Below, piece after piece: positions 38,000 to 47,435 of a stretch of DNA of 64,000 nucleotides. This DNA comes from Calditrichia bacterium. Lineage in GTDB: Bacteria; Calditrichota; Calditrichia; JAJRVZ01. Within the stretch, counting starts at the first letter, position 1; each line of letters opens with the position of its first letter. The notes under the pieces were generated by a model, which saw only the letters and a list, made by a program, of their open reading frames with translations, searched no databases and was not told the origin of the DNA. A program made the translations under genes and the position numbers. The stretch lies in the NCBI GenBank assembly GCA_963796965.1, contig CAWCNS010000011.1:256001-320000 (forward strand). Direction: 5' to 3'.

Positions 38000-38785
38000 T
38001 CATTCATCGCCCAGCACCAAGTCCAGACACGCCAACCAAAAAGCCGGATACTGATCCCAAAAGACAAAATTACATCCCCAATGGGGTGCCGGATCGGACA
38101 TATAGGCCAATACCCGACCTTTTCCAAATTGTCCTGTCGCGACCAAAGGATCATCTGTTTCTTTTAATTTTAGAACAATCTCACACCCTTCTTTTTCACG
38201 TGTTTGATTATATCCAAGTATTGGGGGAAAGGTGTTAAAATCAATATGAGCGAATGCATTATTTCCCGATACGGGTTTGACAGTAAATCCTTCCGTATTT
38301 TCAACCAGATCTTCATAGTCAAGACAGTTAACCGGCAAGACCTCCTTCAACCGCGTACGGTTCCAGCCCCCCTTACCCATTTCACCGGTAAACGAAAGCC
38401 AGCCACCCAAAAACATGGCAGCCATGCCATTTTCTATCGCCTCAACGGTCAGACGAACCCTATCCGGAAAAGTAAGCACAGCGGTTCCAAATTTTTTACG
38501 ATCGAAAAAACTGGGTGCTAGTTGGAAATTTTTAGCCTCCACATCGCTAAAAATAATTACATCGTATTCATCAAGTATTTTCTCATATTCACCGGGTCCC
38601 AATTTATAAAAGTCCCAGGTAGGTACGGAGTTCACTTCATGCTCACCAGTCGATTCCAGAGCATCTTTTAACCATTTACCGTAATTGTACATTTCAAGGC
38701 CTTTATGGGCATAACTAAACGGGGTTTCGGCAAAAACCGGTCCGCACATAACAGCCCAATCTCCCACATAATAAATTTTGGCCAT
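38000..38785 (-). CDS. GATase1-like (DUF1355-type) protein
   Basis: YDVIIFSD, MFLGGWLSF.G, GKGRVLAY.SD..PHW. Confidence 0.8.
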   Translation of the reverse strand: MAKIYYVGDWAVMCGPVFAETPFSYAHKGLEMYNYGKWLKDALESTGEHEVNSVPTWDFYKLGPGEYEKILDEYDVIIFSDVEAKNFQLAPSFFDRKKFGTAVLTFPDRVRLTVEAIENGMAAMFLGGWLSFTGEMGKGGWNRTRLKEVLPVNCLDYEDLVENTEGFTVKPVSGNNAFAHIDFNTFPPILGYNQTREKEGCEIVLKLKETDDPLVATGQFGKGRVLAYMSDPAPHWGCNFVFWDQYPAFWLACLDLVLGDE

Positions 38786-39070
38786 CTATAATTCTCCTTA
38801 AAACGGATATGATCAAATCGGTAGGTTGATTTACTGCGTACTAAAATAAGAAATATGTTGGAATGAATCCTAAAATTTTTTCTTTTTCTCTCGCAAAGCC
38901 ACCAAGACGAGGCTTTAAACCACCTCCCAAATCCCTCTCGACCGGGTTATCACAATAGGAACCCGTCAGACAAAGGACGGAATAAGGATTTAGGGTTGTT
39001 CATATGTTTATTAATTCAGGATCCATAAGATTATTTATCAATGGTTCGAATCATTATAATCAAATTTCTT

Positions 39071-39220
39071 AAACCGAATATTCGGTTTGACGAAGAATGA
39101 ACTTCGGTATGACTTAAACCGAAGTTCGGTATGATCTAGTCCGAGGTTCGGCTTACCCCGGTACGAAGTTCGGTCTGCTTCAATCCGAGGTTCGGCTTAC
39201 TCCGATCCGAAGTTCGGTTT
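39071..39220. repeat. Seven-unit array, exact 22-bp period, palindromic core CCGAAGTTCGG
   Basis: TTCGG begins at 39081, 39103, 39125, 39147, 39169, 39191, 39213; linkers are variable. Confidence 0.9.
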
Positions 39221-39408
39221 AGTGAATGTGATAGTAGTTAAATGGAAAGAGGAAAGAGGAAAGAGATAAATTCATATAATTGATTACTGACTGCAGTATT
39301 ATTCAAATTCTCACCATTTCTATTAGAAATTTGAAACCACCGACCACAGCTGCGTCAGGTTTTATAGGATGCGGCTTTTTGATTATATTCACGTATTATC
39401 ATAGTTCC

Positions 39409-39541
39409 AGATAACGGCTGAGCTAACCGAACAAAAACTAAGCGGCTAGGGGTTATAAAATTACCATCAACTTCGAACGGATTTAATATACTTTATAAAA
39501 CCGGCAGGCGTTTTTTTTCCGTATTGAGCGATTTGTTATAC
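39409..39541 (-). other. Integron attC site
   Basis: Minus strand: R'' GTATAAC, 5 nt, L'' GCTCAATA ... L' GGTTAGC, TCAGCC, R' GTTATCT. R'' complements the cassette start GTTATACGC at 40793. Confidence 0.85.
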
Positions 39542-39696
39542 GCGATTTTGCTGATAAACTTAGCGTTAAGTATAAGAGCAGTAGCAGATTAATATGTAAT
39601 CCCTCTTAAATTTACAATTTTCTTAATTTAAGTAAAATAGCGGTTCAGGTTAACACCCAAACCGCTATTGCTCTTATACATTGTTGTAAGTAGTTT

Positions 39697-40550
39697 TTAT
39701 TTTAATTCTTTTAACAAAGTTTCAGCTGCTAGTTTTCCCAATTCATTAGACGCTAAAGGACTTGCTCCTGTGATTAATTTTCTATCCAAACATACGCTTT
39801 TGTCTGACTTGGTATTTACAATATTAGCTCCAAGCTCTTCAGTTTTTCACTTAATCCCAAAGGCATTTGTCCTGGCAAATAACCAATCTTTGGTGCCATT
39901 TTATCTACCGAATCAGGGAATACGGCCATTTTGTAGCCTTCATAAATAAATTTCTGATTATTTAGTGTGGTTGTTAAAAATGAACCGGGTCCATGGCAAA
40001 GGCTTATAGTAAATAAATCGTTTTGATGAGCCCAATTCAAAATATCTCCAACGTTTTTGTCTTCTGGAATACCTAACATAGATCCATGTCCACCAGGCAC
40101 AAATACAGCTGCATAAGATGCTGATTCTGTCAATGATGTATCAATAAAATCATGTAATTTTTTCGGTTGCTCAAAACTTGACTTGTATTCATTGTAAATA
40201 GCTTTCACATGTTCATCTTTTTCTGGAAAAGCCCACATTTCAAAAACAACAGGCTTTCCAGTTGGTGTAGCTATTTCAAGATCAAAACCCGCATTTTTAA
40301 GATGCAGCATAGGCAATAGGGCTTCTACCGGATGGTTTCCTGTAGAAAACAATTTGCCATTCTGCATTTTCATATTTTTTTGTTCAGTGAAAATGACCAA
40401 GATCTTCGACTTATTTCCCTGGTATTTTGTGTATGAAATATTTTCAAAATCAGTTGTGTCAACAGTTCCTAACTTTAAAGCAAGTCTTGACGGACTGTAA
40501 GAACCATCTGACTCCAATTTTGGAGCAATTCCTAATATTCTTTTTAGCAT
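39697..40550 (-). CDS. hchA: DJ-1/PfpI-family glyoxalase III/deglycase (Hsp31) in a gene cassette; frameshift near 39830
   Basis: FSTGNHPVE, PGGHG, LCHGP; the alternative frame continues DRKLITGASPLASNELG. Confidence 0.85.
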
Positions 40551-40928
40551 ATCAATAGTCCTTAAATAATTAATTTGTAATTAATGCACAAAGGTATTTC
40601 TTGTTCTGCCTCACGTGAAATGGTAGTTTCTGTAGTAAGTATCTTGACAGTTTCCTCATAATTAAACTACCTTGATTTATGCAACAACTTTTTTGGATAA
40701 TAAAAAACTACAACTGAGTTTTTATCTATTTTATTCTTATAACAAAATTTATGGAATGAGTGGATCAATATTGTTGAATTTGAAGCGTATAACGGTCACT
40801 GCTAACAGGCGCGATTTCTATCACAATATGAAATTCATGCCACAGCTGTAGATCTTATGTTTAAAAGTCTTCATGAATTGTTAGTATGTTTTGGCTAACC
40901 ATTAACCTAACATTCAGGAGGCCCAACT

Positions 40929-41771
40929 ATGGATCAACAAAATAATACCACAATTAGTTTTAAAGGACAACATTTTTTTATCGGACATGATGTACATAAG
41001 AAAAACTGGAAAGTAACCATCACGAATTAACAAAACCCAAATTAAACGATTCTCAATGGACCCATCCCCGCAACAATTAGTCCAAAGTTTAAAGAAAAAT
41101 TATCCTGATGGGACTTATCATAGTGTTTATGAGTCCGGCTTTTGTGGTTATTGGATTCACCGGTGACTTGTCGAATTAGGAATTGATAATATTATTGTCA
41201 ATCCTGCCGACATCCCTACTTCTCATAAAGAAAAAGATCGTCGCGATGATAAAATCGATAGTGCTAAACTGGCCAGGGAATTGGAAAACGGTTCTTTAAA
41301 TGGAATTTACATACCATCGCCACAGCAACAATCTCTCAGATCCATGTCACGTCTACGATACCAACATAGAAATAATCTTACTCGGATTAAAAATCGAATA
41401 AAAATGTTCCTCCATTTACATGGAATAAAAATCCCGAACAGTATAGCAACTCTTACTGGTCTTCTGATTTTATCGAATGGCTTAAATCACTGGAATTTGA
41501 GTTCCCAGGCAATAATCAATATTTGCATCATCATATACAGTCACTTGAATATCAACAGGTTCTGATGAATCGATGTACGTTAATACATCTGCTCATTGAG
41601 TGTGCCTGGCGTGCCATCGGTGCAGATCCGTCATTAACACAAGCCTATGCCTCTCTTACATCTAAAATGTCCAAACAAAAAGCAATTGTAAAAATTGCCA
41701 AAAAATTGTTAAACCGAATCAGATATGTGTGGCTAAACGAAAAAAAATACATATCTGCTGTAGCCAAATAA
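40929..41771 (+). pseudogene. IS110 transposase/recombinase pseudogene
   Basis: FIGHDVHKKNW, YESGFCG, K.D..DS.KLA, LIECAW, AKKLL. In-frame TGA at 41164, frameshifts and apparent loss of the SSG-containing segment. Confidence 0.85.
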
Positions 41772-41970
41772 ACAAGAGGAGCCGAATCGATATATTGGCT
41801 TCACCCTTAGACCGTTTCAGGACGCATGCATGCAAACTATGTTTGCTGTAGATTGCGGCTTGGGGTATATATTCTGAAAAAATCATGCGGCTCCTTTTGT
41901 TAATATATCAAAAGGATGACTGTTCATAACAGGCTCAATTAAAATCGATCCGGGTCATTGATCTTTAAAT
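41772..41970 (+). ncRNA. Putative bridge/seek RNA of the IS1111-type element
   Basis: Stem GAGGAGCCG / CGGCTCCTT encloses CAGGACGC and GCTGTAGAT, which match the target flanks; a second hairpin holds CATAACAG, which matches the circle junction. Confidence 0.65.
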
Positions 41971-42114
41971 ATCTTAAAGTATATAGCATAGCAGGAAACG
42001 TACGCCCAATTTTGCGCTTTTTACTTGACTTTTAACATAACAAGCGTCCTGTTGAGCAGATGGTAAGGCTGAAATGATTTGATAAATATGGGTTTAAAAG
42101 GGAGGAGAAGGGGA

Positions 42115-42318
42115 TTAACTTTTTAGAACTCTCGCTAATTTGATGTTGTTTTCGATAAGATCATTTACAATTTTACTGATATCAGTCTTACTCTTAGCTG
42201 CAATCTCTTGAATAAATCTTAGATTTTCAGGTTCCAAATAAACTGGGTAATTAATTACTATGTTATCCTTGAAAAACTTTCCCCTCTCTCCCTTTGAAAA
42301 ATCATATTCTTTTCTCAT
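42115..42318 (-). CDS. BrnA-like antitoxin
   Basis: MRKEYDFSKGERGKF; directly follows a BrnT gene. Confidence 0.75.
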   Translation of the reverse strand: MRKEYDFSKGERGKFFKDNIVINYPVYLEPENLRFIQEIAAKSKTDISKIVNDLIENNIKLARVLKS

Positions 42319-42612
42319 CTATTTCCCTTGATATTGTTTGATTTCTTTTTTAGTTGATTTTCTTGCAGAAATAATTCGGATATTTAAATTTGAATTATCA
42401 ATTTCACTAAATGTGTGAATAGTTGTTAATATATTTCCATTCCTTGATATTCCCATTGTTATCCAGCGATCGTCTGCTTCACTGTGATCAAAATCATGAA
42501 TAGATAGCGAATTTGGGTCAAGGAAAATAGTGGCAGCTAGTTCAAAACTGACTTTGTGTTTTAATAAATTCTTCTTGGCTTTGTCAGGATTCCACTCAAA
42601 GTTATAATTCAA
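42319..42612 (-). CDS. BrnT-family toxin
   Basis: FEWNPDKAKKNLLKHKVSFE...RIISARK. Confidence 0.9.
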   Translation of the reverse strand: MNYNFEWNPDKAKKNLLKHKVSFELAATIFLDPNSLSIHDFDHSEADDRWITMGISRNGNILTTIHTFSEIDNSNLNIRIISARKSTKKEIKQYQGK

Positions 42613-42767
42613 TCTCTATCCCTGATAAATGTTATGACAATATTAGAAAAAACAATCAAGGAGTCAATGAAAAATTCAATATTTAATAAATTCCAGCATA
42701 ACGGTCACTGCTAACATGCGCGACTTTTACCACAATTTATAATTCATGCTACAGCTTTAAGCGTCCT

Positions 42768-44893
42768 GTTCCGGGTAGAAGCGGCGGTTGCCCAGCCGCT
42801 CCCCCCACAGATCCGTACGTGAAGATTTCCCTCATACGGTTCCTCAGACATAACTTTGCTACCCACATTAGAATTCTTCAAACATCAAAGTGAACAATTT
42901 TAGGCAATAACAGTGGATATTTCTCCCGCATCTTGTCAAATTTAGCATAAGAAATATAACCATCCTGTGAGCGTCTACCAAGCCATCTTTTCCATGCCTT
43001 CATTAGATATTCATAGTATACTTCAAGAGACTTGTAGTTGCTGCGTATACCATAGTATTGATAGTGGCCTCTCAGCTTTGAGTTAAGAAGCTCCCACTGT
43101 TCCTTGATATTTATATGGCGATTATTCCGGCACCACTTCCATATAGCTTTCATGGAACGATTTAATTTCTTCTTTGCTGTTTTGCGTTTCACTATCCAAT
43201 GTCCATTACGCGATTTTGCCCAGTAATGCGTGAATCCAAGAAAGTCAAAAGTACCTGCACCTTTGAAGATATCATTTCCTGATGATGGTTTTCTGAAATC
43301 GATTAGTTTTGTCTTCTCTGTGTGAATCGTAAGACCGTAACGGTTGAACCGCTTCGGCAGTACTTTCATTACGCGACTGGCATCTTCTTCTGTATCGAAG
43401 CCAATTATAAAATCATCAGCATATCGAATAAGAAAACACCTACCCGTTAAACGTGGCTTGATCATTTCTTCGAACCATTCATCCAAAACATAATGCAGAT
43501 AGATATTGGCCAACAAGGGTGATATGACACCACCCTGCGGTGTACCTGTATCCGGATAAAACAATTCTTTACCATCAAGCACACCAGCGTTGAGCCATTT
43601 TCCTATCAGGCGGATTATTCTGCCGTCGTTGACTCGCGCTCGGATAAATTCACGCAAATGTTCATGGTTAATATTGTCGAAAAATCCTTTAATGTCTGCA
43701 TCGATAATCCAACCTATATTTAGTCTACGGATATTTCCCCGAATCTCTTTGATGGCCTGATGCTGGCTGTGACCTTTTCTGAATCCATGTGAGTGATCAT
43801 AGAAATCTTCTTCATAGATGTGAGAAAGTATCATCTCTGCCGCTTTCTGGACAATCTTGTCTTCAAATTCAGGAATACCTAATGGGCGTTTCTTTCCATC
43901 ATCCTTATCTATCCATTGCCGTTTTACTGGCGGTGCTTTATAGCGCATAACCTTTAATTGCTTATGCAGGAGGATAAGGTTTTCTTCGAGATGCTCTTCA
44001 TAATCCTGCGCCGTTTGCCCAGATACGCCGGGAACTGCATCCTTACGTAGTTGAGTGTAGGCTTCTCTCAGAAGATTGATGTCCATTAGATGGAATATTG
44101 ACGTAAACTGAATTGCTGGATCGCTCTTTGCAAGTTCCGCAATTCGCTTCAGTTTCGGTGATATGGTTGGTAATCCCTGCGTATTTCCCATAGTTCCCCA
44201 AAGTGAAACGTTATGCCCGGCTTCTCCTTCGCTACAGTGGATCGTTTGGGTCTCACTTCTCCACCTTATCAATCCGGAGATATGATTCCAGACCGTCGCT
44301 ACTATGATCCGCTAAGACTGCCATAAGTCCATTTCTGGTCGCTTCGCTTTCGCTATTGCTTCCAGATACCTTGCAGACTCTTTCCTTTGTATTTCCAATA
44401 CTGGACTCAACACCACGGATTAGAGTCAACCGTAGTGTGCCGGGGTTTTACCTTAGATGGAAGGATTCCCTTTACCTTGTTCCTTTTAAAGGAGACAGAT
44501 GGCTCTCTCAAGTTCCCGGATTATCCCTTTGAAAATATGCCCCGCTCGTGATTACAGACCCCGGTGGTGTCTTATAAACTCACCATATCATCTATAAGAC
44601 TGCTGCCTTCTGTGCTGCTCAAAGCCGTCGGCTTTCTCCGCCAGCTGGCGGTTTATCCTAATGACCACAACTATACATATTTCGGGGCTCGGTGACGCGG
44701 CCTTACTTTCTTGATTCCTCCAGCTTCGTACCTCCATTACTGGTTTTGCACGTGGCGTTCACTATTACCCTGCTGGTTAGGCTTTGGGTAAGTGGGACTT
44801 GCACCGGATATGATCAGCACGCACCCACTGGACAATAATGTCGAATTTCATCCCGATTTCGGAAATCCCAACGACCCGGATTTATCTTGACAC
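42768..44893 (-). mobile_element. Group II intron (non-class C, probably bacterial class E/IIB); ends uncertain by up to 3 nt
   Basis: 5' GTGTC; domain V GAACCGTATGAGGGAAATCTTCACGTACGGATC (42842-42810); domain VI ending TCTACCCGGAAC; RT ORF inside. Confidence 0.92.
42878..44191 (-). CDS. ltrA: Group II intron reverse transcriptase/maturase, no endonuclease domain
   Basis: RPLGIP..EDKIVQ, DADIKGFFDNI, GTPQGGVISPLLANIYLH, RYADD, FDFLGF, LRGHYQYY. Confidence 0.95.
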   Translation of the reverse strand: MGNTQGLPTISPKLKRIAELAKSDPAIQFTSIFHLMDINLLREAYTQLRKDAVPGVSGQTAQDYEEHLEENLILLHKQLKVMRYKAPPVKRQWIDKDDGKKRPLGIPEFEDKIVQKAAEMILSHIYEEDFYDHSHGFRKGHSQHQAIKEIRGNIRRLNIGWIIDADIKGFFDNINHEHLREFIRARVNDGRIIRLIGKWLNAGVLDGKELFYPDTGTPQGGVISPLLANIYLHYVLDEWFEEMIKPRLTGRCFLIRYADDFIIGFDTEEDASRVMKVLPKRFNRYGLTIHTEKTKLIDFRKPSSGNDIFKGAGTFDFLGFTHYWAKSRNGHWIVKRKTAKKKLNRSMKAIWKWCRNNRHINIKEQWELLNSKLRGHYQYYGIRSNYKSLEVYYEYLMKAWKRWLGRRSQDGYISYAKFDKMREKYPLLLPKIVHFDV

Positions 44894-44921
44894 GATAAGC
44901 ACATGGTTAGAAGCACAAAAA

Positions 44922-45203
44922 TTATGCGGGTTTCTTTAGCTCGGCATCTATTTTTTCTTTAAGGATTATCTTTATAAAAGACTGATAGGGAACATCATGC
45001 TTATTGGCAATAGTACGAATCTCATCAAGCATGGATTCAGGTAGTCGAAGCGATATCGTTTTTGTAGAGGGTTTTAATTTTGGAAAGGTCATTACTTCCG
45101 AATCTGACCATTTTATGTATTCAGTAGAATCAGCTTTTTCCCAAAATTTTCGTTCTTCGTCTTCAGTTTTAAATTTTGGAATTTTTTTAAGATTTTTCTT
45201 CAT
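44922..45203 (-). CDS. BrnA/CopG-like antitoxin
   Basis: IPKFKTEDEERKFW...TISLRLP...VPYQS. Confidence 0.85.
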   Translation of the reverse strand: MKKNLKKIPKFKTEDEERKFWEKADSTEYIKWSDSEVMTFPKLKPSTKTISLRLPESMLDEIRTIANKHDVPYQSFIKIILKEKIDAELKKPA

Positions 45204-45486
45204 ATATTTTTCTCTCTTTTCGATTCATATCTCTGGCAGAGATAACTCTTAGCAGATTGTCTCTAATTGTGAAGGATATAAACAGATAGCGTTCTGATTT
45301 TGATTTACCTAAAGCATAATATCTTTTTTCAACTTTTGAGTGTTTTTCATCATCGCTTACGACTATCGGTAAATTGAAGAATATTTCTTCACATTCTAAC
45401 CTTGTGACCTGGTGTTTTATCCAATTTTTCTGCGAGTTTCCCTCATCCCAGAGGAATCCCTCACACTCTTTGATTAATTTGTTCAT
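45187..45486 (-). CDS. BrnT-family toxin
   Basis: GFLWDEGN..KNW.KH...RVISARDM. Confidence 0.9.
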   Translation of the reverse strand: MNKLIKECEGFLWDEGNSQKNWIKHQVTRLECEEIFFNLPIVVSDDEKHSKVEKRYYALGKSKSERYLFISFTIRDNLLRVISARDMNRKERKIYEEKS

Positions 45487-45552
45487 ATTATTTGTATATT
45501 ACTAACATATACATGTAATGTCAATATTATGCTCCACTTTTGATCAATCCCT

Positions 45553-45577
45553 GTGCTTCTAACATTTGATTAGGCGG
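45553..45577 (-). other. attI-like cassette insertion site
   Basis: CCGCCTAATCAAATG|TTAGAAGCAC; the 3' part is the exact complement of R'' GTGCTTCTAAC at 44916-44906; no attC stem upstream. Confidence 0.6.
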
Positions 45578-45639
45578 AGGCTGATTCAGCGCTATGTAAA
45601 AGAAGATCCATTGGTTAATCACATTCAACGGCCAACTAT

Positions 45640-46863
45640 CTATTGCTTATTTATGAGTGTTTCCGCTTCAGAAAGCACCCGTAAAAAATTTCCTGACCAA
45701 ATTTTACCAATCTTTTCTTCACTATATCCACGACGAACCAGCTCCAGTGTAATATTACCCATTTGACTCACATCCTGGCAATCAGCTAATGCGCCGCCAC
45801 CGTCAAAATCACTGCCAATACCGACATGATCGATCCCGGCAACCTTTACAACATGATCAATATGGTCTACCAGGTCACTAACCGTCGCCAGTTTGGCCGG
45901 ATATTCCTGGTTGACCTCCTCCCATCGTACCCACAGGTGCTGGCGTTCCTCCTCACTCATTTTGCTGTAGCGTCGGTATTCCCCTCTCAATTCTTTCGTC
46001 ATGGCCACCCGCTGCGAGTCCTGTTCAATTTTCCTTAGATAATCACTCATCAAACAAATTTGAATCACGCCGTTCTTATCTGCCAATTGTGTGAGCAGCT
46101 TATCATTCAGGTTACGCGGATTGTCACATAATGCCCGGGCACAGGAATGGGAGGCGATTACCGGAGCTTTGGACAGATTCAGAACATCTTCAGCGGCATC
46201 ATCCGAAATATGAGATATATCGATCAGCATTCCTAGACGGTTCATCTCTGCAACAACCTGTTCGCCAAATTCGCTTAAACCGCCGTGTTCCGGTCCATCA
46301 TCATCGGTTGACGAATCACAGATATCATTATTGCTGGTATGACAGAGGGTGATATAGCGTGCCCCCAGATCATAGTACATTTTAATCAGCGAAAGATCCT
46401 GACCCACCGGGTAGCCATTTTCCATACCGAGGTAAATGGCCAGTTTTCCCGCTTTTTTCAAAATCTTGGCATCGGCAGCAGTTAAAGCAATTCCGGCCTG
46501 ATCAGGATATTTTTTCATTGCCAGATTGATATGATCAAAAATAGAAAGTGCTTTTTCTTTGACTTTTTGGTTGGTTTCAGGATCGCGGGATCCCTGACCG
46601 GTGAAAACCGCAAAAAAAGCAGCATCCAGCCCACCCTCTTTCATCCTTGGAAAATCCAGTCGACCGCCACGCCGGCTATAATCGTGGCGGATTCCTATAT
46701 CAAATTCTCCCCGTATCAGGCGCAGCGGCGTGTCTGTGTGCGAATCGAGAGAAATTACATTTGAATGTATCCGAGCTGCTTTTTGCTCTAAGGTTTCATC
46801 GTTAGCACAAGAAAAAATAAATAATACAACAAAGATAAGGATAAGAGCAGAACTTGATTTCAT
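45640..46863 (-). CDS. Membrane dipeptidase (peptidase M19) lipoprotein
   Basis: DSHTD, GMENG, DISH, ASHS, GSDFDG; lipobox FSC. Confidence 0.92.
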   Translation of the reverse strand: MKSSSALILIFVVLFIFSCANDETLEQKAARIHSNVISLDSHTDTPLRLIRGEFDIGIRHDYSRRGGRLDFPRMKEGGLDAAFFAVFTGQGSRDPETNQKVKEKALSIFDHINLAMKKYPDQAGIALTAADAKILKKAGKLAIYLGMENGYPVGQDLSLIKMYYDLGARYITLCHTSNNDICDSSTDDDGPEHGGLSEFGEQVVAEMNRLGMLIDISHISDDAAEDVLNLSKAPVIASHSCARALCDNPRNLNDKLLTQLADKNGVIQICLMSDYLRKIEQDSQRVAMTKELRGEYRRYSKMSEEERQHLWVRWEEVNQEYPAKLATVSDLVDHIDHVVKVAGIDHVGIGSDFDGGGALADCQDVSQMGNITLELVRRGYSEEKIGKIWSGNFLRVLSEAETLINKQ

Positions 46864-47435
46864 ATCAACTCCATTTTCTGGAAGAACTATAATGTGATAT
46901 ATCAAATTAATGGCCAGAGCCGCATATCGAATATATAATGCACGATGATCCGGTGAATTCAATTAACTCACAGGATTTTACTTAAAGATTGAATAGGACT
47001 CAAATAATTGTGTGAAGAATTTTTAATGCAATTGGGGGATAAAATTGAGCATAATCTCACTCAGTGTTCCCTATGATAGAATATCCTCGGCGGATATATC
47101 ACAATAGGTACCAATCAAAAAGGAGGATGGAATAAGGATTTATTATTGGTGATTCGTTTGCAGGTAACTTACCATTTGCTAAAGAACTCAATGCACGATC
47201 GTGCTTATATCAAAGTTTCGACTTCATAACCGTGAAAAAATGATCCCAATTCGTTCAGACTTTTCTAAATATAGAATAGAATAATGCGAATTCCAACCGG
47301 CAATCTAAGCCATGAGTCGGGGGACAACACCCGTGCCAAGAAAAATCATTACAACAAGAAATAAGTTTGTGGGCTGGCACTAACCTCCATCTTAGCAATA
47401 GCCTTTTACTATATATTTTGCAATTAATCATTTTA

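Larger units (their letters stand above)
40850..42041 (+). mobile_element. IS110 family, IS1111-type insertion sequence (decayed)
   Basis: Sub-terminal inverted repeats TTATGTTTAAAAGTC (40855-40869) and GACTTTTAACATAA (42027-42040); no target duplication; transposase remnant; ~270-bp 3' non-coding region. Confidence 0.88.
40787..42069 (-). other. attC site interrupted by an IS110-family element
   Basis: Halves 42069-42042 (GCCTTAC CATCT GCTCAACA GGACGC) and 40849-40787 (TGTTAGC AGTGACC GTTATAC) rejoin into a close homolog of the 42696-42770 site. Confidence 0.85.
42696..44912 (-). other. attC site interrupted by a group II intron
   Basis: TTCTAAC CATGT GCTT.. | ..AGGACGC...TGTTAGC AGTGACC GTTATGC. 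Confidence 0.85.

Noticed and set aside
37795..38238. ORFs 37795-38238, 37823-38167, 34448-34681, 31383-31580, 51784-52069
   Set aside because: They are translations of low-complexity intergenic repeats or antisense shadows of real genes.
38940..38960. A fifth attC closing the last cassette (minus-strand GTGATAAC)
   Set aside because: No L''/L' boxes or R' partner, and poor complementarity to the cassette start.
39071..39220. CRISPR array
   Set aside because: Repeat and spacer are only ~11 nt each, the repeats are degenerate and there are no cas genes.
42878..44272. Retron, DGR or defence-type reverse transcriptase
   Set aside because: Clear group II domain V/VI follows the ORF and the element cleanly interrupts an attC; no TR/VR pair or avd gene was seen.
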